Shown in pieces: positions 24,701-37,500 of a stretch of DNA of 64,000 nucleotides (position 1 is the first letter of the stretch; each line of letters starts with the position of its first letter). This DNA comes from Ophelia neglecta. Lineage: Eukaryota. The notes beneath the pieces were generated by a model that saw only the letters and a list, made by a program, of their open reading frames with translations, did not search any database and was not told the DNA's origin. The stretch is from NCBI GenBank assembly GCA_965285935.1, contig OZ260667.1, positions 14,942,001 through 15,006,000 on the forward strand. The letters are read 5' to 3'. Both the position numbers and the translations under genes were made by a program.

Positions 24701-27539
24701 GGTAACAAACTATTGCAAACGCCAGATGTTTTGGGATATCATTGACAGCAAAAATTACGGGAAACGTCATGAATTAGCTGTGACATACTAAACTATTATG
24801 ACAGGTTTCTTTACAAATATTGACTAAAGGAAAAGTGACGAATTAGCTGTGATATAATAAACTTTTATGACAGGCTTCTTTACAAGTGTTGACACCTGTC
24901 AAATCAAATTTGTATGCTACATAGTTACTTTCATTTTAACACGGCAAGTAATAAACAACATGGGAGGTTGGTGCCAGTTAATCATTAAGTCGTCTTAGCT
25001 ATGACCCAATTCGAAATGTGATATTTAACACCTCAGAACAAAGCCTACTGGTGATCAAAGGGCTGTCATTTTTTGATTAATGAATGAGTTCTCCTCTTGG
25101 GAAAAGTGCTCAATACTATGCCATTTGTAGATACCCTTGCAAGGTTAAATATACATGGCCAGGGGATCAAAGGGCTGTCAATATTTTTTTTAATGCGTGA
25201 GTCCTTCTTGAGGGTAAACGACAATAAAACGAAGTCTTAGACACGTGTCAAAGGGATCTACTATGATCATGTTATTCTATACATAAACCGACAATATTTC
25301 TCACGGTTTAAACTAGAATCTAAGTAGCAAAGATCTAATTAAAATCGACATACACATGTACCGGGACACACGTTCATGTATATAGGCTTACAATGAGGCA
25401 GTACTGACATGCCTGATCGTGAGACATAATTGAAACTTTCGTTCCGTAGAATTAGCATTCGCTGTACTCATTCGCTGTACTCCCTGACCCCAGTGGCGTA
25501 GGAAGCGGGGGGGGGGGGGGGGGGGGCATTTAAAAAAGTGGGGGGGGGGGCATCAAATGTTTAGGCCCACCCACTTTTTAATGATGAACCTCTTACTTTT
25601 TCCCCTCTCAAAATGGTGTAATGCAGCAGTGGTCAGAAGCGTCTGTCCTCAGTTGGCTAGACCATAATCAAATAGTTACCTGTGGGCAGGTTATTTACAA
25701 ACAAATACACACCCGATAATTGAATTTATTCAATGTTTTTTTGGCACGTAAAAATCAATGTACAGTGGCAGAGGAAGCAAGAGGGGTGGCATGACCCCCC
25801 CCCCCCGACTTAAAAAAGTGGGGGGCCATCATATGTTTTGCCCCCCCCCCACACACACTCACACACTTTTTATGCTGCTGATGTAAAGTTGGCCCCCTCA
25901 CTGATTTTCCTTCCTACGCCTCAGGACTCATTACTGAACTAGGACAAAGCTGCCACACGGGGATTTATTTGGAGAGATAGAAAAATGCAGGGAAATTATT
26001 TGTTAATGATATTAAAATGTAGGGAAACTGTTTGCAGTGATTCAAATTAAACTGTACGGATATTTAATTGTACCGGTTGGGATATGATTAGAAATTTAAT
26101 GTAGGAATTCAAAACTAAATGTGTGAATAAAATTATCTCAATTGTGAGGGAATAAGGACATTACCGTTACTATTTTTATATAATTATTGTAGGGCTACGT
26201 TTGGGGACTGCTCAATTTACATTCATAATGAGTGCCTGTGCGACGGGGACCTGTTACAAGCAGTATACCTAACATTAGAGGGTGATGTTTCCAAACAAAT
26301 AATACTAACCCCCAAAAATGACACCACCTTGGCCATCAACGGAGAAATCATCAAACAACTCCCAGGGAGCAAAAAAATAAAAAATACCTGAGCATTGACT
26401 GTATTGTGTCCCACAACCCTGACGAGAACAATTTCCCAGTTGAATTCCTCAACAGTCTCACTCCGTCAGGAATGCCAGAGCACAAACTGGTCCTGAAGAA
26501 GGGTGCATTGATAATGCTCCTTCGTAACCTTGACATAAAAAAATGGCATTTGTAATGGAACCCGCCAGATTGTTCGTCACCTTCATGCCGACACAATTGA
26601 CACAGTGGTTGTGGCGAACACACAGGCAGGGAATAGGATTCTCATTCCCCGCATTAAACTCGCCTCATCAGATGTGAATTTGACTATCGTCCTAGAACGC
26701 ATCCAATTCCTTGCTCGGATAGCCCATTTAATGACGATCAACAAGGCGCAAGGGTAAACATTCAAAGAAATAGGCATTTACTTTCCTGACCCTGTTTTCA
26801 CACATGGACAACTGTACATAGCCTTCTCACAGACAAAATCATTTCAACGCATTAAAGTAAAAATCGAGAACACCAGAAAGCAGGGTTATGCATCAGACAC
26901 CATGACAACAGTCACCAAACATGTTGTGTATCCTGAAATTCTTCAATGAACTGCTCGAGAGGTGTTCGCTGGATGACTGGAATAACACTTAAGACTACCT
27001 TTGCTATGTATTTTTCATTCAAATCTGTTTACACTTTTATTGTTTTGTCTCTCCCAACATTGGCAATATATAAGCACTATCATTTATGATGGATTCCTTT
27101 ATACCATCTTACTTTTCTATTTTTTTGTCTCAACCCAGCATTAGTAACAAATGAAAACTGCCCTCTTCGAATAGACCACCATTCAATCCACTGCTGCCCT
27201 TTTCACCGTGGTTGCCCACGGGTCACTGCTAGTATTTGTATAATACTCATGTGCATCACACATTTAAGGACCCACCACAGTGTGTCTTATTATTTCGTAT
27301 TGTATTATGATTCTTAACAATATGAGTGAAACATTTATGGAAAAATTCTTTATTTCCAGCATCTATACAACTATGTATTTGTACATGAGGCCGCACCAGA
27401 TGACTTCCAAATAGTAACAAATTTCCCAAGAAGAACTCTCCAATGTAAACCAACAGTGGAAATTCCAGAACCTCCTTCATTCGAGGATATTGGTTTAGGG
27501 AAGTCAGAAATGCTTTTTGTGCATGACAATGAAGCTTGA
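18702..27539 (+). CDS. FAF2: FAS-associated factor 2 / UBXD8 (UBA-like, membrane hairpin, UAS, coiled-coil and UBX domains; p97/VCP adaptor), about 445 aa
   Basis: 14 GT-AG exons with consistent phases: 18702-18761, 19049-19117, 19847-19956, 20312-20427, 20595-20624, 20849-20949, 21253-21338, 22017-22108, 22365-22463, 22619-22697, 23212-23293, 23591-23680, 23805-23948, 27360-27539 (1338 nt). Motifs KLLQFQDLTG, GWGY, FLLVYLHGDDHQD, SQALRENTYPFLA, SLRADQEK, KLPNGTRLERRF and TNFPRR match FAF2. Confidence 0.96.
19278..19338. repeat. 23-bp-stem hairpin with inverted CTCF-like cores in FAF2 intron 2
   Basis: gcacatcatacaccctctggtgg / ccaccagagggcgtgtgatgtgc with a 15-nt loop; an outer inverted repeat ggtgtatccaaa..gc / gc..tttggatacacc suggests a MITE. 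Confidence 0.7.
21000..21186. mobile_element. TA-flanked MITE (family B, copy 1) in FAF2 intron 6
   Basis: Ends (a)tgtaaaaccctt...gtgttttacag|TA; related to 39880-40077. Confidence 0.55.
23466..23566 (+). repeat. 25-bp minisatellite (aagtactggtaccattgtagttttg), about 4 copies
   Basis: Near-perfect tandem copies ending about 25 bp before the FAF2 exon 12 acceptor. Confidence 0.95.
25491..25925. mobile_element. G/C-homopolymer-rich MITE nested in the Helitron
   Basis: TIR (CAGT)GGCGTAGGAAG...CTTCCTACGCC; partial copy at 633-732. Confidence 0.7.
26240..26949 (+). pseudogene. Helitron RepHel PIF1-like helicase C-terminal remnant
   Basis: ILTPKND, FPVEFLNSLTPSGMPEHKLVLKKGALIMLLRNLD, ICNGTR, ILIPRI, MTINKAQG*T, PVFTHGQLYIAFS, KHVVYPEIL*; contains frameshifts and a stop. 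Confidence 0.93.
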
Positions 27540-30073
27540 ATCAAAGGAAATATATAGGTGTATATATAATATGCTGTATTATGGAAAATAATACATCCAA
27601 GAATACAGAACTTCACTGGACTGGTCTAAGCTGGACATTACCACACAAATTGTCATTTTACCTTTTGTCTATAATGGTAAACTACTGTGAGTTTTAATTG
27701 TTAACATTGTTGAACATTTGTCATATTGTCAATAGGATGCCAATAACAGAAATGTGCCTCTACCCAAATAGATTTCAAGTGTCACCCTGTCCAGATATAA
27801 ACTTGATCTTAAGTGGATGCTGGTCCATTTTTCTCTTAGGTATGACTGAAATATTCTATTGAGCTGTATAAGTACATTTTTTGTTTGCCTTGATATTAGA
27901 ATGAGTGTGTGATCGGTTGGTGCGTGATTTCAGCCAGAAGTTTTGGAACCTTTAGACCATCCTATCAAATTGATAAGTGATATTTAATAATATCTCTTTG
28001 ACTTGAATAACAATATTAACAATAAAATTGATAATATTGATGTAAATATCAATTAATAATTATAATGATAACCTTTCCAAATCAAGGATAATGTTTATAA
28101 TACACATTTTCAAACATGAAAGCAATAATTTTGAAAGGTCCATGAGCTTTAATAACACACCATTCAAGGTTTGCGTAAAACTCATTCTTGTCTGGTTCAG
28201 CAATCTGTATGGTCATATTTGATATGAATTGATACTTTTCCTAATTGATATGCTTAGTTCCTAGCTTTTGCGTTTAAGCCTATATTTATTATTAAATAAA
28301 GTGACAAAAATGTCTAAGGCATTCTTTTTCTCCATACTTGCAGTTGAAGCAATGTAATTTAGGCAAGTTTTATTTAAATAAAGGTAAACTTCCTTTTAAT
28401 TTCAACTTTGTTTTGTTACACAGTTATGGCCTTTTTATAAAATAACAATATGTTATTTTTAAAAAAAGCAAGACTTTAGAATTGACAATTGATAAGAACC
28501 CAGATAAAAATTGGATAATATTTTATATATATACATCAGTATTATAAGATATATTACATCAAATTGTTGTTCATTATTTGTCACATTTATTTTGGGACAA
28601 TTCTTTCCTGCCTGTTTTGGTGTTGAACGGATTTAGCCAGTTTCATTGGGGCTAATAAAAATGTACCTGCTCTACTGTGGCAGGTTTCATTATAAACTGA
28701 AATGAATATTAGTCTTAAGCTCATCAAATATAAAAAAAGCCTGGAATTCCTTAACCTTAATTTTGCTCTTTAAATTGGAATGTATGGTTCATGTGTGTAG
28801 TGTATTCCTTATTGTATTGTTTGCTGACGCCATCAATGTTAGCCATATATAGATTCTTATGTTAATTTTAGTCATTGATTATCTATTACATTTAATACTG
28901 TTATGGTAAAAAAAATGTACAGGATTAAATTTGTGAATTTTGTGAAAAACTGATTGGTCTTGAATTTAAAACTCCCAAATATTATATAATATGTATAGAT
29001 CTATAGGCCTATGGGCCAAAATATCTCTACATCTAGCTACGAAATAAAAACATGGGAGAAGTTTAATTTTTTGCAAAAGTGCAAAGTGAATCCTGTGCCA
29101 ACATTTTTGCTCTCACAGTATGCATATCTGTAAGTTAATTTTGCATTTGGTGTCAAATGTAATGTGCAAGAAATGATTTTTGTACAAAGATTCAAAGTAA
29201 AAGCTAAATTATATTATATTGTTTTTTTTTTTAAAAATAAGTATAAAAAAGAAACTATTGGAGAAAGTTGAATAGGAGCCATAGTTATTATCAAAATGAT
29301 GCACAGGAAACTTCACTGTAAATAATTATTTTGTTCGATAATTCGTGAAATTTGCATCAACGCGGTGAAATAATCAAATTCTTTTCTGACAACTACACCA
29401 GCAACCTGCGAATCCTATCTCTATCGCTACTATCTGCAGAACAGACATTATGTGGTCTGGGGAAACACCGGAATAACCTTTGAAATAGCAAACCAACCCG
29501 GAATATTAATTTTCTGAAATACCCCTTTATAATATTCGGTACTTATTATTTAGTATTTTTTGGCCATTTTTAATCGATAAAGGCTTATCATATGACAGGG
29601 CTTTAAAAAAAACCAAGGTACAGTTGAAATAGAAAAATGTTGATGTTTTAATAAATATGTATTAAAAAATCAACATTATTATATATGCCCAAGGCTCAGG
29701 TCAAACATCATTGTAATTTGCTCTTAAATATTAGGGTTTTTCTAAACCGACCCTAATATATAACTCCAATACTAAAATAGCTGATTGAACAAAATTCAGT
29801 TTTTCTGCCAAACCTGATTGCTTATTCTATGTAGGTATCCGGGAAAAGAACAAATATTAAGTCCAATAGATTTAACATAAACATTTCAAAAACAAATTGA
29901 TATGAAAATGAAATTAATTAGTAGTAAGTAGTTTTTTATAGTGTAAGTTTACAATGTTATTGGACCCTACATTGCTTGACAATATAATCCTAAATAAAAA
30001 TGATGAAATGGCCTTCTTAGGTCATATCAAGGACAGCCAGACCTGTTCGACTTATTATGCTATAACAAATGTC

Positions 30074-30078
30074 AAAAA
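30074..30078 (-). terminator. Pol III oligo-T terminator of tRNA-Phe
   Basis: TTTTT on the minus strand about 30 nt downstream of the tRNA 3' end. Confidence 0.7.
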
Positions 30079-30108
30079 GTGTGCCGACCTCCGGGGATGG
30101 AGGGTGTT

Positions 30109-30181
30109 TGCCCAGACCCGGGATCGAACCAGGGACCTTTAGATCTTCAGTCTAACGCTCTCCCAACTGAGCTATCTAGGC
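30109..30181 (-). tRNA. tRNA-Phe (GAA), 73 nt
   Basis: GCCTAGATAGCTCAGTTGGGAGAGCGTTAGACTGAAGATCTAAAGGTCCCTGGTTCGATCCCGGGTCTGGGCA: full cloverleaf, paired acceptor stem, intact A and B boxes. Confidence 0.97.
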
Positions 30182-33100
30182 CGGCTGCTAGATGAGGAAG
30201 CTTCTCACAACAAATTTGTAACAACAATTTTCACCCAATAGTCAACGCATACAATAGGTCTAAAAATAAGCTTTAGAACAAGTATATCATTAAAATAAAA
30301 AAAATTCTGAAATTAAACTCAAGAGCCCCTATTTCACCGATAGTTTTGCCGTTAACACATATCCCATATATATGGTGGAAAGCTGGAACCGCACTAGGGA
30401 CCATTCGTTATTCATCACTAGGGGAAGGAGTGCAGTGCGACTACAGTAGACGGAGAAGGGCAGACCTTTTTTGCAACACTTCAAGGGGTTCATAACTTGT
30501 CGCCATGCCCTTTGTCCTAGAATTGGGTTTTACTTAAATCTTTATATTTTGTAAACAGACAAGGATGACTTCAGATTTCACAGGCACATTTTTTACAATT
30601 GTTCTACGAAGAAACAGCAAGTTTCAGCGAAAAAGCGTTTATTCAAGTAATGTCCTTGCCCGCCAATATTAAAGATAATTGTCAATGCATAAAGTTAACA
30701 TCCCGTTTGTTTAATTTGGAACCGAGCTATTCTAAGGCCTTTTTGGGATGCGTTACGGCTCAGGTTTCCTGAAAACTAACGTCAAAATATTGAAGGACAG
30801 GAAGGATGATAAAAAGGGTATGGACAAAGCAATATCATCAGTCAAGAATACATATTTTTAACTTAACACAATACGATCTATGCCCGGTCGTGTACATCAA
30901 ATTGGCCGCTACATCACCATCAATCGCAAGGTGGCATAGCCTAACGTTTGATCGTATTTCGTTAAGTTGAAAATATGTCATATGATAAGCCTTTATCGAT
31001 TAAAAATGGCCAAAAAATACTATATAATAAGTAACGAATATTATAAAGGGGTATTTCAGAAAATAAATATTCCGGGTTGGTTTGCTATTTCAAAGGTTAT
31101 TCCGGTGTTTCCCCAGACCACCTAATGTCTGTTCTACAGATAGTAGCGATAGAGATAGGATTCTACAACTGCAGGTTGCTGGTGTAGTTGTCAGAAGAGT
31201 CTTACTGTCCAGTTGAATTTGATTATTTCACCGCGTTGATGCAAATTTCACGAATTATCGAACCAAATAATTATTTACAGTGAAGTTTCCTAGCGCCGGA
31301 AGAATAGAATGGTAATCACTGATCATGGCGAAACACAGCTGCGTTGATACGGAACTCGCAGTACCGCTATCACGGTGTCATACACCGTGCGCCACGTAGT
31401 GGAGCATGGCGGCGTATTATGTTGTAAGTAGTAGCGCAATCGGTAACAAGTCGTTTTAGCAACGCTACACACAATAATAAATCACAAAATCATTACATGG
31501 CAACGAACATATACTGAATCATCTCTTAAGGATAATGCAGAGATATTAAGCGCTGTTAAAGGCTTTTCCGGAAATTATCCTCGGGGGGGGGGGGGGGGGT
31601 TACCATTTCCCCGCCCCCTCTCTCTCCTAACTTGCTCCAAAACCCGGACACATAAATGACTAAAAAAAATGACAAGGCTATTTTATAGATTTTAACTACT
31701 ACGGACAAATAATAAAAATATCTTCAACTTTTTTTAAAATATTAGCAGCATTTCTATTTTAGGTTGGCTTAGACCCTAATTATCACAACTGAAATCACAA
31801 TTGGAATTTAAAAAAAATCCCAACTCGCAATAGGTTGCCGACCTGAATTTGTTATAATTAATGGCAGTAGACTTCTAGGTTTGATCACTTGTAGGGACAG
31901 AGGTCCTCAGTCGATAGATACATGCAGTTCCTGGATATTCAGCTTTCGTACATTAAGGTCAAACTCTTTTGCGTCAACGGTTTATATATGTGCCAAGTGT
32001 AAATGAGGAATTGAAGTCGTGGATTGAATGCAGTCAACATTTATTCTCGACATTCCCACATAACTGGGTTATCGACTGCTGGCTTCTGTAAAGAAAGACT
32101 TGGAAGTTGCTATGGCACCTGTTTTAATAGTGGAACTGACTGCTTTGACGAAAGCTGCATTTGGAAGTTGTGCTTTCCAACAAGCTATAATAACTTTAAA
32201 TGTTATATAACTTATGTTGATGAAGGTTGAAAATATGAGGGTAGGAATGTCCCACTTTCCACTTGTAACCAAAAAATCAAAAAAAAAACTTTATATTGAC
32301 GTCAAAACGTTACAGGTAGAAGACCGAGACATAACGAAATGATTCACTTCGCATTTCTAATTGGCGGTATAGCCGTCTTTCGTGGGACATGACCGTGGCG
32401 GACTGCCCTGGTGAAAATCCAGTTTTCTCCAGTGAAAAATAGTGTGAAAATCATCAGCCTTTTCCAAGAGAGTTGTTAATTTTAAAAAGTGAGTTTTCAA
32501 TAACAGGTGCCTCCTAAAATGGAAATAACCAAATGACATCGGTCCCTTACCTTACCTCATTTTTCTATTATTCTTTTTATTTCGATTGGAATGCAGAAAA
32601 ATAGAACATTTTTGGGAGGTAATAGTAAACATAGCCATAAATTACAAGAGAGAAACCATCAAGAGTGTACCGAGGAAGACAACCCCCACCCCACCCTACC
32701 CCACCCGGACCCCGGGGCTTATTAACGAGTACCTGTGGTTTCTAGGGAGCTTTTTTGTCCTTTTCATAAAACAGCGTGATGAATTTGAATTCCACGCCGG
32801 ATTAACAATCAATCATCCCCGGTACACTACTTTCATACCTATGCGTATAGAATAATCAATAATTGATCAGCGTTGAGGATGGTTAATTCTGATTGGCCAT
32901 CGGAGTTTACCTAAATCTATTTGTCTGGTCAATAATGTCCTTGAGTGGTTTACGACTGAGGCCTAAAGCCAAAGTCCAAAGTTTTTTGATAAGTAGACCT
33001 GTGAATAAAAGTAATGATTTATAAATGCTTAGGAGTCGAACTAGGCCTACAGCATTCGTGTGAAGGTAAACTTTGATATATCGCTTGCTAACACTTTGTG

Positions 33101-34581
33101 TTAATTTGGCTTATTTTAAAGTTGAAAAAACCTAAATGTTTTATTTGAAAACTTTTCTACATATATGAGCCTAGACCAATATGTCGTATCTAAAGAGATG
33201 TAATCTTATCTGTATGATGTATGTATTAAATATGATGTCTTACCCTGCCTTTAATAGCCACTGGACGATCGATCCATAAAAATACATCAAAATACTAACC
33301 TTAGGCCTTACTACCTGCATATACATGAAATAATTCCGTGCATGAACAGATAAAGGTCTATATATCGGTTACCTACCCAGTCAATTGCATAAAAGCACTA
33401 TCAAAATGGATAGTTTGGCTTTAGTTTAGGGGATTAATCAAAGTTTAAAGTATCCCTTAAATAAGGTACTTAATATAGACATTATGTTATTTGCCCTTTT
33501 AAAACGATAATTCTACTCCATTACCAACATTAAATTTTACACCAAGGGTTATTTAACTGTCGTTTTTATGGCAAATTGAGCAGTTTGATTTATTATGTTG
33601 TTGCGTTGCATTATAGGCCTATAATAGGGTACGGATTGGAGATGGTCATCTTATCCCTTCAAAAATTGCTATTAAAGGGAAATCTCTGAGTTCTTCACAA
33701 CTATAATTCACAGCAAAGCAATTTTCTCACAAATCATTTGCCTGTTCTAGGGCTATGCCGAGGTGGAATAATAAAGATCTTATCAAATTATCCTGTTGTA
33801 TTGTGTTACTAAACTATCTAGTAGTTTAACGGAGTGGACAGAAACCTGTGGGACAAAACTTATAGCATGTCTCAGAGGGCGCCAAATGCATATATGCAGT
33901 CAAATTATGCCCTTTTTACTTTGAAGATATTCCCAACTTACTATAAAAAAACAACCTAACATAGAAAATGAAATATAGGCCTACAGGGTTTCGATTGATC
34001 ATTTTTAACTATAGAAGGCAATGGGTGGGACAGGTTGTTCTTCCATACTTCCCATCTGTCGGTTATACGGCGGAAATAGTATTCACTCTAGAAAGACAAT
34101 TATGGTGTTTATTTTTATGGACATACACCCTAGTTACAAAAAAATAACACATTGGGTTACCCTAAAAAAATTGACATTAGCAAATTGTGGCTGGCACAGC
34201 AAATATATCCAGAATTTGATCAATTTGGTTGTATTATAAATAATTAAAAAACATTCAGATAGCCCCCTTGGTCCACAGTTGTGTTGTGGGCAATATGCAA
34301 CGGTATCCTCTTGTTATTGTGTGGCCATTTATCTGTGCATTTTTGTTTAAAACTCGCCTCACATATGGCCGTTGAAAAGGTAATAAATAAAAGTCACATA
34401 TTGTAAATGCTAAGGATCCTCCCTAAACATCGTTTAATTGAAAGAAAGTTAATATATCAGCAACTTTCTCTATATATAGTTTGAAATAAGTAAAGTTATA
34501 TATGTTTATTTTAACTTTTGCAGACTTAGTTTCAGAGGTTACTCATATGTAACGTAAACCTTTGAACAACTCAGCTGAATC

Positions 34582-37500
34582 ATGATTTGCTGCTTTCTAT
34601 CAATACTTGAGCATCTAGTGGTCACAGTAGTTGTGCTGGTTCTGGGACATGCCTGGTACAATGAGGGCCTTAACGGGGTACTGGAACTTGTACTGAAAAC
34701 TGTAAGGAAGGTACCAGGGGTGGAGGGTATTCTGCAAAACATTCTAAGTCAGGAAGTGCGAAAATTTACCATGAAGACCAAAGGAGATGCAAAAGGCCCA
34801 AGAGTGATCATCCCAGAAGAAGGTAATTTATTCCAGATATTGAATCTATCAGTGAGTTACAGCGGATTTCACTTTATAGATTTTATTGTGGATTTTTAAA
34901 AACTGACAGAAGTAGTCTGGTAGTGCCTGCAGGTCAGACAGTATATAGCTAGGCCCTACTCTTCAACTCAGTTACTAGTAAAATGTTTTTATCATCATGG
35001 TATGTAAACTCAAGGTGTCACACACAAGGAGCTGATAGAAGAGATGGAGAAAATAAAAGCTCAAGATCACAAGCCTGAGGAAGGCAAGCTGTTTGCATAT
35101 GTGTATACTTGTGAAGGAGACACATTTGAAACCCAGACAAAAGCTTTTGATATGTTCACAGGTATTCCACCATTTTCTTTTCCTGCTAAATGAATTGTTA
35201 CACAGTTGTTTGATAGTCAAGATGGTCATATGATTCTTTTAATTACTTTATGAAGCCTTTAATTTGTCATAGGCCTAAGTTGATTTTGTACTTTCCACAT
35301 TGAAAGCTTCGTTGATGTTGAGATTGATATTTGTTTCAGAGAAAACTGGGTTGGATGCAGATCATGAATCTTTAGTTAGACAATTTCACCATGCATTCAT
35401 GCATGAAAATGCACTAAATCCAATGGTGTTTCCCAGTCTTAGGTAATTATTGCCTAAGGACAGGTCATTATTTATAATGTTGAAAAGAACTAATAAAAAG
35501 CTTTCTCTATCTCCAAACAAAATTTAGAGGCAACTTGGCATATCAGAGTGGTTAAATTTATGGGTTGAACTAATGTGTAGGTTTTCAGAGCTCAACATTT
35601 TTTCAGGGGCAACTCTCTTGAACATGTTAAATTTCTACCATATGAATTTTCTGTATTCACTTTTTATTTAAGAAGTATGTTCATTATGCATATAGGAGAT
35701 TTGAAAATGAGGTGATAAGCATGTCAGCCTTCATGTTGAATGGTGATGAGGATGTTGTGGGTTCTCTCACTTCCGGGGGGACAGAAAGTGTGCTGATGGC
35801 AATGAAAGCCTACCGAGATATGGCCAGAAAACTAAAACCTTACATCAAAACCCCAGAAATGGTAAGCACCTTACTTCACAAATATATTTCACACCACTTT
35901 TAAACTAACCACAATAATTATGTAATTGGGTCTGTTCTATGCTGCTGCCATTTGTTATGTATATAGCTAAAAAATCTGTAGGTATTCATTGAAAAGCTGT
36001 GCAGTTGAATGTGACAATGAGAAAGTATTTCAACTCAAACAAGAACATTTGGTGTCAATTGCAATTTTTTACCGTATACAGTGCCAAAAAAAGAAATTTC
36101 AATCCAAAAATTGTTAAACCTCTTAATACATTTTCAAGAGCAGTTAAATTTTTAAATAGGAATTTAAAGAAAAGGTACATTTTATTTCCGACAATGTTGT
36201 CTGATAGGATTTTTATCTGTTTTCGAGGAAAACAGAAAACTGAATCAGAGCAGGGTGGTGATAGAGTGAAGAGACGGGGGTGGGTGGATCATCAAATGAG
36301 CTTTCCTTTAATTCATTGTATGTGTTTATCATATCCAAGGTGGCACCAATCACCATACATCCATGTCATGAGAAGGCTGCAAACTACTTTGGATTCACAA
36401 TTAAACATGTGCGAGTGGGAACAGACTTCCGGCCAGATTTGCAGGAGTACGAAGAAGTAAAACAAATTCTGTCAAGCATACACTCTCTAATCATATCAAT
36501 CTAATATAAATTCAATATAAATATTGATAATAGACTTTTATATACAGCATACCCAATTCAATCATTTTTTGTTGATAGGCCATAGGACCAAATACAATTG
36601 CCCTGCTTGCATCAGCTCCTCAGTATTGTCATGGTATTGTGGATCCTATTGAAGAAATATCTGAGCTAGCCCTGCAGCGGGGGCTGCCCCTACATGTTGA
36701 TTCCTGTTTTGGAGGCTTTATGCTTCCTTGGTAAGTTCAATGTAAACCGGTAATGTAAAATGAAAAAAGTTACCAGGCTATCCCTGTTATCATATATGTT
36801 ATCATACATGTTAACATTCTTTCCTTCCAATATACATATACTTGATTTGATAAATTTCTTATTGGCCTTATCTTTGCAATATGTACAAGCCAGTAGATTT
36901 ATGTTAACATGAATGTCCATAGGTCAATAGGAGAACAGAAGCATACAATGCTTATGGGTCTCCTTGTTCACTTACCGGTAACACATTTGCATATATAGTG
37001 GTGCTGATGTATAATGGTGCCTAAGTGTACCATGAAATAATACAGTAGTGAATAAAGTAAAGAACAGGTCAATCAAACAGACTCCGACAAGACTTATTGA
37101 ATAAGTTAAAAGGCCTCAGCCACTGGTGACGATCTCCTACCATTCCTTAGCCTTAGTGCCCGATTAACCAATTGCCCGTGTAACCTATTTATGTTCAGAT
37201 TATTCACTGTACAAAAGTGTATGGTATGTGTGTGATATCATTACATTAAGCCTCAATTCATCTACACATTCACAGGGTAGAAAAGATTGGATACAAAGTT
37301 CCCAAATTTGATTTTAGATGCCCCGGAGTAACATCCATATCAGCAGACATTCATAAGTATGGCTTTGGAGCAAAGGTAAAAAAAGTTAGAATTGACATTT
37401 TAAAACAATAAATAAAATACTTATCTTCTTGTTTGATAAGCAGAGAGCATTATAAATTGTCATCTTAAGCATTATAAGAAAGTATTTTAGTCATCCCTGT

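Larger units (their letters stand above)
23974..27232 (+). mobile_element. Non-autonomous (internally deleted) Helitron in the last FAF2 intron
   Basis: A|TCTAATATATAT 5' end; 3' hairpin CCGTGG-ttgc-CCACGG (27206-27221) then CTAG|T; inserted at an A^T site with no TSD; PIF1 helicase remnant inside. Removing it restores a 152-bp intron. Confidence 0.9.
29305..31291. mobile_element. Long-inverted-repeat (foldback/MITE-like) element, arms 29305-29597 and 30976-31291, enclosing a tRNA-Phe gene
   Basis: About 290-bp inverted arms with few mismatches and two small indels; the inner part is homologous to the element at 63570-63995. Confidence 0.85.

Noticed and set aside
31400-32230. Possible small gene: ATGGCGGCGTATTATGTT|GTAAGT with an acceptor near 31893
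   Set aside because: The spliced product is about 40 aa with no recognisable similarity; it could be a non-coding or 5'UTR exon but is unsupported.
32880-33070. Candidate promoter (CCAAT) and non-coding first exon of the lyase gene (donor at 33066)
   Set aside because: Plausible but cannot be verified without transcript data.
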